The translations under genes were made by a program, and so were the position numbers. From a virus, in the IMG/VR virus record IMGVR_UViG_3300042879_002476, positions 2,391-66,390 of that record: DNA of 64,000 nt. One strand, given 5' to 3'. Positions 48,389 to 57,442 of this stretch are shown piece by piece. Position 1 is the first letter of the stretch; each line of letters opens with the position of its first letter. The notes beneath the pieces are model-generated. The model was not told the DNA's origin, made no database searches, and saw nothing but the letters and a program-made list of their open reading frames with translations.

Positions 48389-50047
48389 ATGTCACAAAAT
48401 TCAATTCAAGCATTAATGAGTCAGAATACTGATTATCTCGTAATGCAAAATCAAACCAAACCGCTTATTAATAAGTGGAAAAAGTCTGGCCTCTTAGAAG
48501 GTTTAGATACTAGTTATGATGTAGCAGGCATGGCCGTGCTATTAGAAAACCAAGCTAAGCGTCTTATTGCTGAGGCTACCACTACTGGTACTTCAACCAA
48601 TTCTGAAGCTTGGTCTGGCGTAGCTCTTCCTTTAGTACGTCGTATTTTCGGTGAAATCGCTGCTAAAGATTTCGTTAGCGTTCAACCGATGAACCTCCCT
48701 TCAGGTCTTGTGTTCTTCCTTGATTTTAAATATTCAGGAACTGGTGCTCAGCCTGGATTTGCTGCTAATTCATCACTCTTTGGAGGTAGTGGTAATTTAT
48801 TTGGTCGTACCGACGTTAATGCCGTTACTGGTCAACCAACTAACGGTCTCTACGGTGCAGGTCGTTTTGGATTTACTAGCAATGAAACTTCTAGTTTAGT
48901 TAGATCCGTACTCACCGGGTCTGTAAGTCAGGCTGATGTTAATTACGATTCTAGAACGTATACGTACACCGGCTCTTATAAGACATACATCGTTCCTACT
49001 TCATCTTTGAGTGGTATTGATTTAGAAGCTTTGCGTGCTATCGTTCCTCAGACATCCGGTGCTTTAGCTGTAAACGGATTTTTACCTGAATTTACTAAAA
49101 TTACTGGTAGTAACATTATGTTAGTAGTGTCTGCTTCCGGTTACATTTCTGGATCTGGGTTGACTGACGGTTTAAAAATCAATTACTTAGTTACTCCGAC
49201 TCAAGATTCCCGCGGTGATTTCGAAGATTTGAAACAGCCTTGGAACTCTGCCGGTACTAACAGTGGTGATATTAATACATCTCCGAATATTATTCCGCAA
49301 GTAGAATTGCAGATGAAGTCAGAAGCTATTATTGCTAAGACTAAAAAGTTAAAAGCACAATGGACTCCTGAAATGGCGCAAGACTTAAACGCGTATCACT
49401 CCATCGATGCTGAAGCTGAATTAACATCAATGCTTTCCGAGTATATTTCTATGGAAATTGATCTCGAAATACTTGATATGTTAATTATTAATGCTTTAAC
49501 TACCGATAAATGGTCTGCAATTAATAACCGTTATTGGACCGGCACCGCATGGGAAGGTACTGGAGCTTCTGGTGGTTTAGGATTTTATAACCAGCAAGGC
49601 ACTTGGTTTGCTACTCTCGGCACTAAGATGCGTAAGATTAGCAACAAGATTCACCAATTAACTATGCGCGGTGGTGCTAATTTCGTAGTAGTATCTCCTG
49701 ATGTTGCAACTATCCTTGATTCTATTCCCGGATATGCTGCTTCTGATCGTGGTGAGAAGATGAAATTCGCAATGGGTGTACAGAAAGTAGGATCGATGGC
49801 TAGTCAGTATGATGTATATGTTAACCCATACATGACTGAAAACCTTATCCTTTTAGGATTCCGTGGATCTCAGTTCCTTGAGACTGGTGCTGTATATGCT
49901 CCATATATTCCGTTGATGATGACACCACTTGTATATGATCCGAATACATATACTCCTAACCGTGGAGTTATGACTCGATATGCAAAGAAAATGTTGCGTC
50001 CGGAATTCTTTGGTCTTATTCAAGTTGAGGGTCTCGGTACTCTTTAA
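48389..50047 (+). CDS. gp23: Major capsid protein (T4 gp23-like)
   Basis: AVLLENQ, LPLVRR, VQPMNLPSGLVF, KLKAQWTPEMAQDL, EIDLEI, YAPYIPL, GVMTRY. Confidence 0.97.
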   Translation: MSQNSIQALMSQNTDYLVMQNQTKPLINKWKKSGLLEGLDTSYDVAGMAVLLENQAKRLIAEATTTGTSTNSEAWSGVALPLVRRIFGEIAAKDFVSVQPMNLPSGLVFFLDFKYSGTGAQPGFAANSSLFGGSGNLFGRTDVNAVTGQPTNGLYGAGRFGFTSNETSSLVRSVLTGSVSQADVNYDSRTYTYTGSYKTYIVPTSSLSGIDLEALRAIVPQTSGALAVNGFLPEFTKITGSNIMLVVSASGYISGSGLTDGLKINYLVTPTQDSRGDFEDLKQPWNSAGTNSGDINTSPNIIPQVELQMKSEAIIAKTKKLKAQWTPEMAQDLNAYHSIDAEAELTSMLSEYISMEIDLEILDMLIINALTTDKWSAINNRYWTGTAWEGTGASGGLGFYNQQGTWFATLGTKMRKISNKIHQLTMRGGANFVVVSPDVATILDSIPGYAASDRGEKMKFAMGVQKVGSMASQYDVYVNPYMTENLILLGFRGSQFLETGAVYAPYIPLMMTPLVYDPNTYTPNRGVMTRYAKKMLRPEFFGLIQVEGLGTL

Positions 50048-50069
50048 AATTTTAATCTTTTTTCTTAAG

Positions 50070-50100
50070 AAAGCGGGTAGTAATACCCGCTTTTCTTTTT
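50070..50100 (+). terminator. Intrinsic terminator after the major capsid gene
   Basis: AAAGCGGGTA/TACCCGCTTT stem with T-rich tail. Confidence 0.85.
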
Positions 50101-50255
50101 ATAGATACGTTTATTAATATAGACGTCGATCCTAATATTAGGTATGAAATATTTAAAATATGATAGAATTTGGGATTTGGGTAATATTAAATTTGAATTG
50201 TGTTTATAAACTTTTAATTTTTTCTTTTTTTACTTCATATTTATTGATATATGGA

Positions 50256-50492
50256 ATGAAAATGATAATGATAGATAAATGCTTTGGTGGAAATTGTCCT
50301 CTTAAGCATTCGTGTAAAAGATATACGGATCCTAAGGTAAGTTCCGTACAAAATATTTTGTATCCCCCATATTTTATTAATACAGAATTTTCCTGCGACC
50401 GTTATTGGGGCGATCCTACTAATATTATTATTTTCAATTTAGAAATGTATTTTAATAATCAAGAAAAAATCAATACAAATAATGCATACTAA
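50256..50492 (+). CDS. Small Cys-rich hypothetical protein (track start 50160 is probably too long)
   Basis: KCFGGNCPLKHSCKRY...CDRYW; TATTTATT motif at 50238-50245 lies just before ATG 50256. Confidence 0.55.
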   Translation: MKMIMIDKCFGGNCPLKHSCKRYTDPKVSSVQNILYPPYFINTEFSCDRYWGDPTNIIIFNLEMYFNNQEKINTNNAY

Positions 50493-50585
50493 AATCAAAC
50501 AAATCATATCATTGCTTCTTTGTTTATTGACCTGGGCCTTAGTAGTTTTATAATTTCTACTTAAGGTATTTATAATAAAATTGTT

Positions 50586-51272
50586 ATGGACAATAACGTA
50601 AACACGCAGAAGTTTCAAGATAAGAAGAAACCTAAAAATCCTATTAAGTTTAATATCGTATTAAATGAGGAACAGAAGGATGCCAAGAAACATATTTTAG
50701 ATAATACTATAACCATTTTAAAAGGAATGGCAGGAAGTGGTAAATCTATGGTGGCAGCACAGGTTGCATTAGATTTACTATTTAAAAAAGAAATAGAAAA
50801 AATAGTTATTACTAGGCCTACCGTTACTTCTGGAGAAGACGTAGGATTTTTACCTGGAGGTATTGATGATAAACTAGCTCCTTTTACTGCACCTGTATAT
50901 GATAACATGTATAGGATTTATAACAAAGAAAAAATAGATAAATGTTTACAAGAAGGATTAATTGAAGTAATTCCTTTAGCATTTATGAGAGGTAGAAATT
51001 TATCTAATTGTTGCGTTATAGTGGATGAAGCACAAAATATCACACATAGGCAAATGGAATTGCTTTTGGGTAGATTGTGTAATGGTAGTAAAATGATAAT
51101 TTGTGGTGATATTGCTCAAATTGATTTAAAAGATAAAAAAAGTTCTGGGTTTGACTTTATATGTAAACACTTAAAAGATGTACCTGGGTTTGAAGTATAT
51201 ACATTAAAAACAAATCACAGACATCCCATAGTTGAAAATATAGTTACTATATACCAAGAATATAGAGATTAA
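50586..51272 (+). CDS. phoH: PhoH-like ATPase
   Basis: GMAGSGKS, ITRP, GFLPG, FMRGR, DEAQN, GDIAQID, HRH. Confidence 0.95.
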   Translation: MDNNVNTQKFQDKKKPKNPIKFNIVLNEEQKDAKKHILDNTITILKGMAGSGKSMVAAQVALDLLFKKEIEKIVITRPTVTSGEDVGFLPGGIDDKLAPFTAPVYDNMYRIYNKEKIDKCLQEGLIEVIPLAFMRGRNLSNCCVIVDEAQNITHRQMELLLGRLCNGSKMIICGDIAQIDLKDKKSSGFDFICKHLKDVPGFEVYTLKTNHRHPIVENIVTIYQEYRD

Positions 51273-51355
51273 TTAATTCTTGAGCTTGTATGAATCTAGA
51301 ATTGTAGTAATTAATCTTTTAACATATTTATATAAAAATACCGTAGATTAAACCA

Positions 51356-51673
51356 ATGCTAGAAATAACCATTTGTGACGAAGCTGCTATTATTTTGTTA
51401 GAAGACATAAAAGCAGGAAAATATATGTTGGAAGAGGCGGAATATAGAGGTAGAAAAGTACCTTTGGGAAAGCCTATGCGTGGTGATACAAAAAAATTCA
51501 AAGTGTATGTTAAGAACCCAAAGGGAAATGTAGTTAAAGTTAACTTTGGTGATCCTAATATGAGGATTAAAAAATCAAATCCAGCAAGGCGTAGATCTTT
51601 TAGAGCCAGGCATAGATGCCATTCACCAGGGCCTCGTTGGAAAGCAAGATATTGGAGTTGTAGAAAATGGTAA
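51356..51673 (+). CDS. Basic Cys/His-containing hypothetical protein (candidate head protein)
   Basis: LEE-AEYRGRKV...KVNFGD...SFRARHRC...ARYWSC. Confidence 0.7.
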   Translation: MLEITICDEAAIILLEDIKAGKYMLEEAEYRGRKVPLGKPMRGDTKKFKVYVKNPKGNVVKVNFGDPNMRIKKSNPARRRSFRARHRCHSPGPRWKARYWSCRKW

Positions 51674-52494
51674 ATTCGCAAATTGAAAATATTTTAAATG
51701 AAATTTTAGATGAAGACCTTAGAAAGTGGCTTAAACAACGATGGGTTGACATATCTAGAAAAAAGAAAGGTGGGGGGCATCCTCCTTGTGGATCTTCAGC
51801 AGGAAGTAAATCTAGAAAAGGAGGTAAGCGTGCCTACCCAAAATGCGTACCAGCTTCAAAAGCATCTTCAATGAGTAAAAAAGAAAAAGCTTCTGCGGTT
51901 AGAAGGAAAAGATCTAAATATAAAGGATCCGGAACTCCACCTAAAAAGGCTATACACGTTAAAACTAAAACCAACGAAGGAAAAAAAGATGCTTGTTATA
52001 ATAAAGTAAAATCTAGATATAAAGTATGGCCTTCTGCATATGGCTCTTTAGCTTTGAGTAAATGTAGAAAAGTCGGTGCCGCCAATTGGGGCAATAAATC
52101 AAATGAAACTAAAAATGACCTAGACATGGAAAAGGAAAAATTAAAAGAACTCATTAAAATGATGGTTATACAAGAAATGGGATATCCTGAACTTGATTAT
52201 GAACCGGAAGAAGAAATGGATTATGATGATTCCGCAGATTGGGATTATGATGATTATTTTCCAGAAGAAGATGATGATTGCGGATGCGATCATGATGAAG
52301 AAGATGAAGAAAATGAAGATGATCATGAAGGCTCTATGGCAAAATCAGATTTAGATTCTATTGCTGCAATGGCAGCTGAAATTAATAGTATGGTAGGTGT
52401 AGATGATGAATTAGAAGGTTGGGTACAGGCTAAAATTACTTTAGCAGCTGATTATATTGAAGCTGTACATAGATATTTAAAACACGAATATTAA
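51667..52494 (+). CDS. Multi-module hypothetical protein (candidate head polyprotein)
   Basis: Basic modules (WVDIS..HPPCG..YPKCVP; KDACY.KVKSRY.VWPSAY), acidic tract, DHEGSMAK...WVQAKITLA.DY module. Confidence 0.65.
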   Translation: MVNSQIENILNEILDEDLRKWLKQRWVDISRKKKGGGHPPCGSSAGSKSRKGGKRAYPKCVPASKASSMSKKEKASAVRRKRSKYKGSGTPPKKAIHVKTKTNEGKKDACYNKVKSRYKVWPSAYGSLALSKCRKVGAANWGNKSNETKNDLDMEKEKLKELIKMMVIQEMGYPELDYEPEEEMDYDDSADWDYDDYFPEEDDDCGCDHDEEDEENEDDHEGSMAKSDLDSIAAMAAEINSMVGVDDELEGWVQAKITLAADYIEAVHRYLKHEY

Positions 52495-52503
52495 AAATAC
52501 ATT

Positions 52504-53169
52504 ATGGCACATTTAATAGCTAACGTGCCTTCGGTTTTATGTTATATTCGAAAAGAGTTTTTATATAATTTTGAAAAGGATACTAACGGCAAGCTCAAAG
52601 GACTTGGAGAATTTGAAGAATGTTATTGGGTTTCTATAAAATCTATAAAAAGTAGAGCTCTATATTTCGAATCATTTATAACTAAATACGGGGCAGTATA
52701 CGATAAATTACCTTTATCTGCGTATGTTTGGAAAACGGACATAAAAGAATCGGAACAGCTTCCTTTAGATTATTTACAAATTTGGGATTGCTTCTCATAT
52801 AACATTACTATTTTAGAAAAAGATTTTTTAAAAAATATGACCTGTAAAGTATTGATGAAAGATAAAAAACATCAATCAGGTACTTATATGTTTACTATTG
52901 ATTCATATCATGAAGATCCTAATATAGTCAATACTACTTTATCTGAAACTCCTAATGAACATAAATCGTTTAATATAATTAAATTGGATAATGGGCAATT
53001 TGCCGCACAGCCTAACAATAGAATAATTTATCATAATGCAAGTTTTACTCCGCATCAAACGGAAATGCCTTATTTTAAATTGAGCACTAAAGTATGGACT
53101 TGCGAAAATTCCGATAAATGGACCGCAGCAGACGATTCTAATTATTTTTATCAGTTCACTCAGAAGTAA
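52504..53169 (+). CDS. Hypothetical phage protein
   Basis: 221-aa ORF; YIRKEFLY...QIWDCFS...AAQPNNR. Confidence 0.7.
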   Translation: MAHLIANVPSVLCYIRKEFLYNFEKDTNGKLKGLGEFEECYWVSIKSIKSRALYFESFITKYGAVYDKLPLSAYVWKTDIKESEQLPLDYLQIWDCFSYNITILEKDFLKNMTCKVLMKDKKHQSGTYMFTIDSYHEDPNIVNTTLSETPNEHKSFNIIKLDNGQFAAQPNNRIIYHNASFTPHQTEMPYFKLSTKVWTCENSDKWTAADDSNYFYQFTQK

Positions 53170-53218
53170 TCTTTTTTAGTATTTTTATTTTAGATATTTA
53201 TAATAAAAGTACTGCACC

Positions 53219-56200
53219 GTGGCAATAAATAATTTAGCTGGTAGATATTTACAAGATTCTTATAAATTTGTAACACAAAACTCGCAATCAGCTGTAAGTC
53301 CCGATATTTGGGATCTTGCGGATGGTGAAGCAGTACCTATTACATGGATTAATGCAACGGCTTCTTGGGCAGCGACTGCTACATTTGCTTTAAATGCCGG
53401 TGGCACCCCCGGCCCTCCTAGTTGGTCTATACAATTTAATTCTGCAAGTACATTTGCAGGCAGCAACAATTTTATTTATTCTGGTAGTGCTCTTTATTAC
53501 ACAGGTTCTTTTTACGTAAGCGGGGCTATTTCAGCATCCTTTGGACCTAATACAGTCGGGTTTTTTGGCACGGCATCTTGGGCAGTAAGTTCAAGCCAAG
53601 CAATTAGTGCATCGTATAGTGTATCTGCATCGTTTGCTACGAGTGCAAGTTATAGCTTGTCTGCCTCGTTTGCTACTACAGCAAGCTATGTTACAACATT
53701 AAGAGCCGCAGATCCAAATAAATCAATTCAATTTAATAGTAATGGATTGTTAAGTGGTTCAAGTAATTTTACTTTTGATAGTTCTAGTAATAAACTAGTA
53801 TTAAGTGGTTCATCTGATATAGTAATATCTGGATCTGATGCTGGGTTGCAAATATTCGGCGTTGGAGGATTACGGTCAATATTAACTGGTGTTCCTTTTT
53901 TACCTAGTAATATTGGTTCAGCTTGGAGACAAACGCAAAATGTTTTTGTACCATCAGGAAGTTATGGACAAATATGGTCTTTAATTACTGCGCAAGGTTC
54001 CTTACCTGCTATCTTTATATACAATATTACAAGTAGTAATGGTGATTTACAATTTAAAGGTAGTATAGGAGGATCACCAGGCAATGGCGGTAAATATAAA
54101 GGTTATGGTATATATGCCTCTAACTTAGATAAATTATTAGTCGGTAGTGCTTCTCCATCCGATTTAATATATGCTTTCTCAGCGTCAGTTATAAATAATG
54201 AACCAAATGGGTTTACAGCATCATTAGGAAGTGCTCAAGAATTAGCATTAATATCATATTCTAGTTCTATGAGACTTAATGGTGGAACAGGTGAAGGGAT
54301 ACAACCCGATTCATTTGGCTACGCTTGGTATCCTAATCCAATTACATATGCTCCTAGCGCATCAATAAATTATTATACTATTTGTGGCCCAGTTACTAGT
54401 TCAAATGGCCGTACGCTATCACCACACACGGGTATTAATTCTCCTTTAAGTGCATCAATATATGCATTATCTGCTAGTAATCAGCCTATATCAGGTGCAG
54501 CTAATTTATATCCGGTAGGATTTTTAATGAGTACATTTGATAGTAATACCCCATCAAACGAACTTTTTGTTGATCTAACCCCAGCATTAACTTCTTCTTT
54601 TAACGTACCATTAAGTAAAATATTCAACGGATCATTTGTCGGAAATACATTAAACGCAACGTATGCTGAAACTATATGTGGAGCATATAACCCAGATCTA
54701 AATACAATATACATTGCAACTAGATTTGCTTCGAATGAAATAGGAATTGTTGAATTAAATAATAATGTTACTCCCCCAACAATTGTTAGTGTAGTAACTA
54801 GTAGCGGAATATATTCAAATTTTGAATCGCAATTAGTTTATAATTCATTAAATAAAGATTTAATAATACTAAACACGTTCGGGCCTCCCAGTAACCCCAC
54901 AACTACGTATAAAATTATAGATGCCTCTACCACATCTTTAACTACAACAAATTTTACAACACCAAAAGCTACAATTTCAGTATTAGGTTATAATAGTATT
55001 AGTTCTAGAACATTACCAATATCAAATAGTTTTTATGGAGTTAGTACAGTTAGAGGAGGGTCGGCACCGTTAATCACGCCCGCTAGTAGTAGTATTTATT
55101 ATGCTTATAAAATAGAATCAGGATCCGGAGGGTATGTAACCTCATCACAACAGATAGCAGTTTCATATGAAGATCCTCAACAAGGTTCATATTGGTTATT
55201 TGAACCAACGTATGCAAGTGGATCAAATATAAATAAAATAATAGCCGCAGATAGAAGTAATATCGGTCCTATAGGAAACTCAAGTACATATCCAGAAAAC
55301 CTTACAACAACCTTTGCTCGAGCAGGATATGTTTATGCTATTGATACAGCTAGTTTAACAACTAGTAGTTTTTATACACCATATACTTTAATAGATGCTA
55401 ATGGTCCAAATAACTTAGTAGAGTTTAGATCAAAGACCGGATCATTATTATCATATGTAGATCCCGACGGTAAATTTATAGGTACTGCAAGTTTAGCGAA
55501 TAGCTATTTAACTTCTAGTTTATCAATTTACAGCGGAAGTGCTACTCCAATTTTAATGACCCCATCAGCTTCATCCATTTGGTTTAAAGGATCGGCAGTT
55601 ACAGCTTCTATAGTTGGTACGGCGGTTACTATATCAATTGATGGTGGCGGAGGATCCAGTGGGCCAGAATCCGACCCAATATTCGTAGCAAAATCAGCTT
55701 CATTAGCAACAACAGGTTCCAATACTTTTATTGGAAATCAAACTATAACCGGATGGGTAAGTGCATCAGCAGGATTTACCGGTTCATTATTTGGTACTGC
55801 AAGTCGAGCAATTAGTGCATTAACTGCAAGTTTTGTAGCTGTATCAACTACTAACACAAATGAAACGCATTATTTACATTTTGGTAATTTAGCATCTGGC
55901 GTGGATAATGTTGAGGTAGATACAAATTTAACATACAATCCGGGTACAAATAGGTTAGCCTTAGGACCCGGATCAACGCAAAGTTTCGCTGATACATCCA
56001 GGTTTGACATGGATTCAAGCTGCACTATGACATTGGGTAAAAGTAATGTTTTGCGGGTAGGTGATACCGCCGATGTAAATCGCGGACAAGTCTTTATATC
56101 TGGTAGTACCAATTTATACAGAAGCGGATCAACTATATTATCCGTATCCGGGTCGTTCGGATCTATAATGGAAGTAACGGACGCACTTAAACAAAATATA

Positions 56201-56842
56201 TTTCAAGTTGATAGTGGCAGTAATACTTTATTGGCTGTAACTACTGCAGCTCCAGGAGGCGTCTCTTTATCCGGAAGCATAAAACTTTTTGGATTAACTA
56301 ATCCAACAAAAACTAACGTATTAACATATGATACCTCCACAGGCGAAGTTTTTTATACTGCATCATCAGCAGTAGGCGGTGGAGGTAGTGCAACTCCAGG
56401 AGGTGCTAACACTACAATTCAATTTAATGATAGCAGCGTATTTAGCGGGTCGGCGAACTATACATTTACAAAAGCATCTAATTTAGTTCAGTTAACTGGC
56501 TCGTTTGTTGTTTCCGGCTCAACACCAATGCAGGTTATCGGAACCTCGGTGGTTACTGGATCGCTTGGGGTTACAGGATCCATACTACTTAATGGATCGC
56601 CTATATCACAACCTAAAGCAGGGTCTGGATCAGCAGCTTCGTTTAGCGGAACGCCTTTAACGTCTTCTATATCATTCGGAACTGCTTTTAGTAACAATAA
56701 TTATGCAGTAACAGTTACAGGTGAAGATGCTCGAAGCTGGACGCTGCAGTCTAAAACGTCAGCTAGTTTCACTATTAATTCTAATTCATCAGTAGCATTA
56801 ACAGGTCCGGTTTATTGGATTGCTACGCCTTTTAATTCGTAA
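53219..56842 (+). CDS. Long fibre protein (tail or neck fibre)
   Basis: 1207 aa Ser/Gly/Thr-rich; SASY/SASF hexapeptide repeats; three IQFN..F.GS.N motifs; lectin-like C-terminus (FGTAF..YAVTVT...VYWIA). Confidence 0.7.
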   Translation: MAINNLAGRYLQDSYKFVTQNSQSAVSPDIWDLADGEAVPITWINATASWAATATFALNAGGTPGPPSWSIQFNSASTFAGSNNFIYSGSALYYTGSFYVSGAISASFGPNTVGFFGTASWAVSSSQAISASYSVSASFATSASYSLSASFATTASYVTTLRAADPNKSIQFNSNGLLSGSSNFTFDSSSNKLVLSGSSDIVISGSDAGLQIFGVGGLRSILTGVPFLPSNIGSAWRQTQNVFVPSGSYGQIWSLITAQGSLPAIFIYNITSSNGDLQFKGSIGGSPGNGGKYKGYGIYASNLDKLLVGSASPSDLIYAFSASVINNEPNGFTASLGSAQELALISYSSSMRLNGGTGEGIQPDSFGYAWYPNPITYAPSASINYYTICGPVTSSNGRTLSPHTGINSPLSASIYALSASNQPISGAANLYPVGFLMSTFDSNTPSNELFVDLTPALTSSFNVPLSKIFNGSFVGNTLNATYAETICGAYNPDLNTIYIATRFASNEIGIVELNNNVTPPTIVSVVTSSGIYSNFESQLVYNSLNKDLIILNTFGPPSNPTTTYKIIDASTTSLTTTNFTTPKATISVLGYNSISSRTLPISNSFYGVSTVRGGSAPLITPASSSIYYAYKIESGSGGYVTSSQQIAVSYEDPQQGSYWLFEPTYASGSNINKIIAADRSNIGPIGNSSTYPENLTTTFARAGYVYAIDTASLTTSSFYTPYTLIDANGPNNLVEFRSKTGSLLSYVDPDGKFIGTASLANSYLTSSLSIYSGSATPILMTPSASSIWFKGSAVTASIVGTAVTISIDGGGGSSGPESDPIFVAKSASLATTGSNTFIGNQTITGWVSASAGFTGSLFGTASRAISALTASFVAVSTTNTNETHYLHFGNLASGVDNVEVDTNLTYNPGTNRLALGPGSTQSFADTSRFDMDSSCTMTLGKSNVLRVGDTADVNRGQVFISGSTNLYRSGSTILSVSGSFGSIMEVTDALKQNIFQVDSGSNTLLAVTTAAPGGVSLSGSIKLFGLTNPTKTNVLTYDTSTGEVFYTASSAVGGGGSATPGGANTTIQFNDSSVFSGSANYTFTKASNLVQLTGSFVVSGSTPMQVIGTSVVTGSLGVTGSILLNGSPISQPKAGSGSAASFSGTPLTSSISFGTAFSNNNYAVTVTGEDARSWTLQSKTSASFTINSNSSVALTGPVYWIATPFNS

Positions 56843-56848
56843 TTCATT

Positions 56849-57316
56849 ATGGCAGTAATAATCACAGGTTATGTAGATGCGATAAGATTGGAATCACCAT
56901 CCGTTATTATTAAAAATAATGGATTTACAAGAATTGCACTACCGACCGTTGTTGACTATAGGATTAACGTTTATGGTAGATATTATAGCGTACAGCCTCC
57001 GGCGTTGCGATTCATCGATGTTAGTTTAGATAATATAACTTACACTACTTCAGCCAAAATAAATGTCAGGGAACTCGACGATCCTACATATGATCTATTG
57101 TTTACATTCACGGGCCCGTATACAGATATTTGGGTAAGACCTACCGATAATACGTTTGACGTAATGTTAGGGGATACGAAATCGCAAACTCCTGATACCG
57201 ATCCATATAACGACTATCCATACAACTACAGTACCCCATATCAATATTCTATACATAATGGAGTTCCTATTAGTGGTAATGTTGATTTATATTTCCAGAT
57301 ATCCAGTGCCCCATAA
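56849..57316 (+). CDS. Hypothetical fibre-associated protein
   Basis: 155-aa ORF directly after the fibre gene. Confidence 0.6.
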   Translation: MAVIITGYVDAIRLESPSVIIKNNGFTRIALPTVVDYRINVYGRYYSVQPPALRFIDVSLDNITYTTSAKINVRELDDPTYDLLFTFTGPYTDIWVRPTDNTFDVMLGDTKSQTPDTDPYNDYPYNYSTPYQYSIHNGVPISGNVDLYFQISSAP

Positions 57317-57347
57317 AAACACAAAAACATAATATTTATAAAAAGAA

Positions 57348-57428
57348 ATGGAAATAACAATTGGTAATGTAACATTAAATGGTAGTATTGTATTAGATAC
57401 ATTCACAATCACATACGATAATACTTAA
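57348..57428 (+). CDS. Putative 26-aa microprotein, not in the ORF track
   Basis: MEITIGNVTLNGSIVLDTFTITYDNT*; 7 nt after TATTTATA (57333-57340). Confidence 0.45.
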   Translation: MEITIGNVTLNGSIVLDTFTITYDNT

Positions 57429-57442
57429 TAAAAATAATTAAT

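Noticed and set aside
39796-50047. Introns or inteins in terminase, portal or capsid genes
   Set aside because: ORFs are uninterrupted, of expected size, with no intein motifs
50482-50553. 23-aa hydrophobic ORF (MHTKIKQIISLLLCLLTWALVVL)
   Set aside because: Too short and unsupported to call, though it fills the gap before phoH
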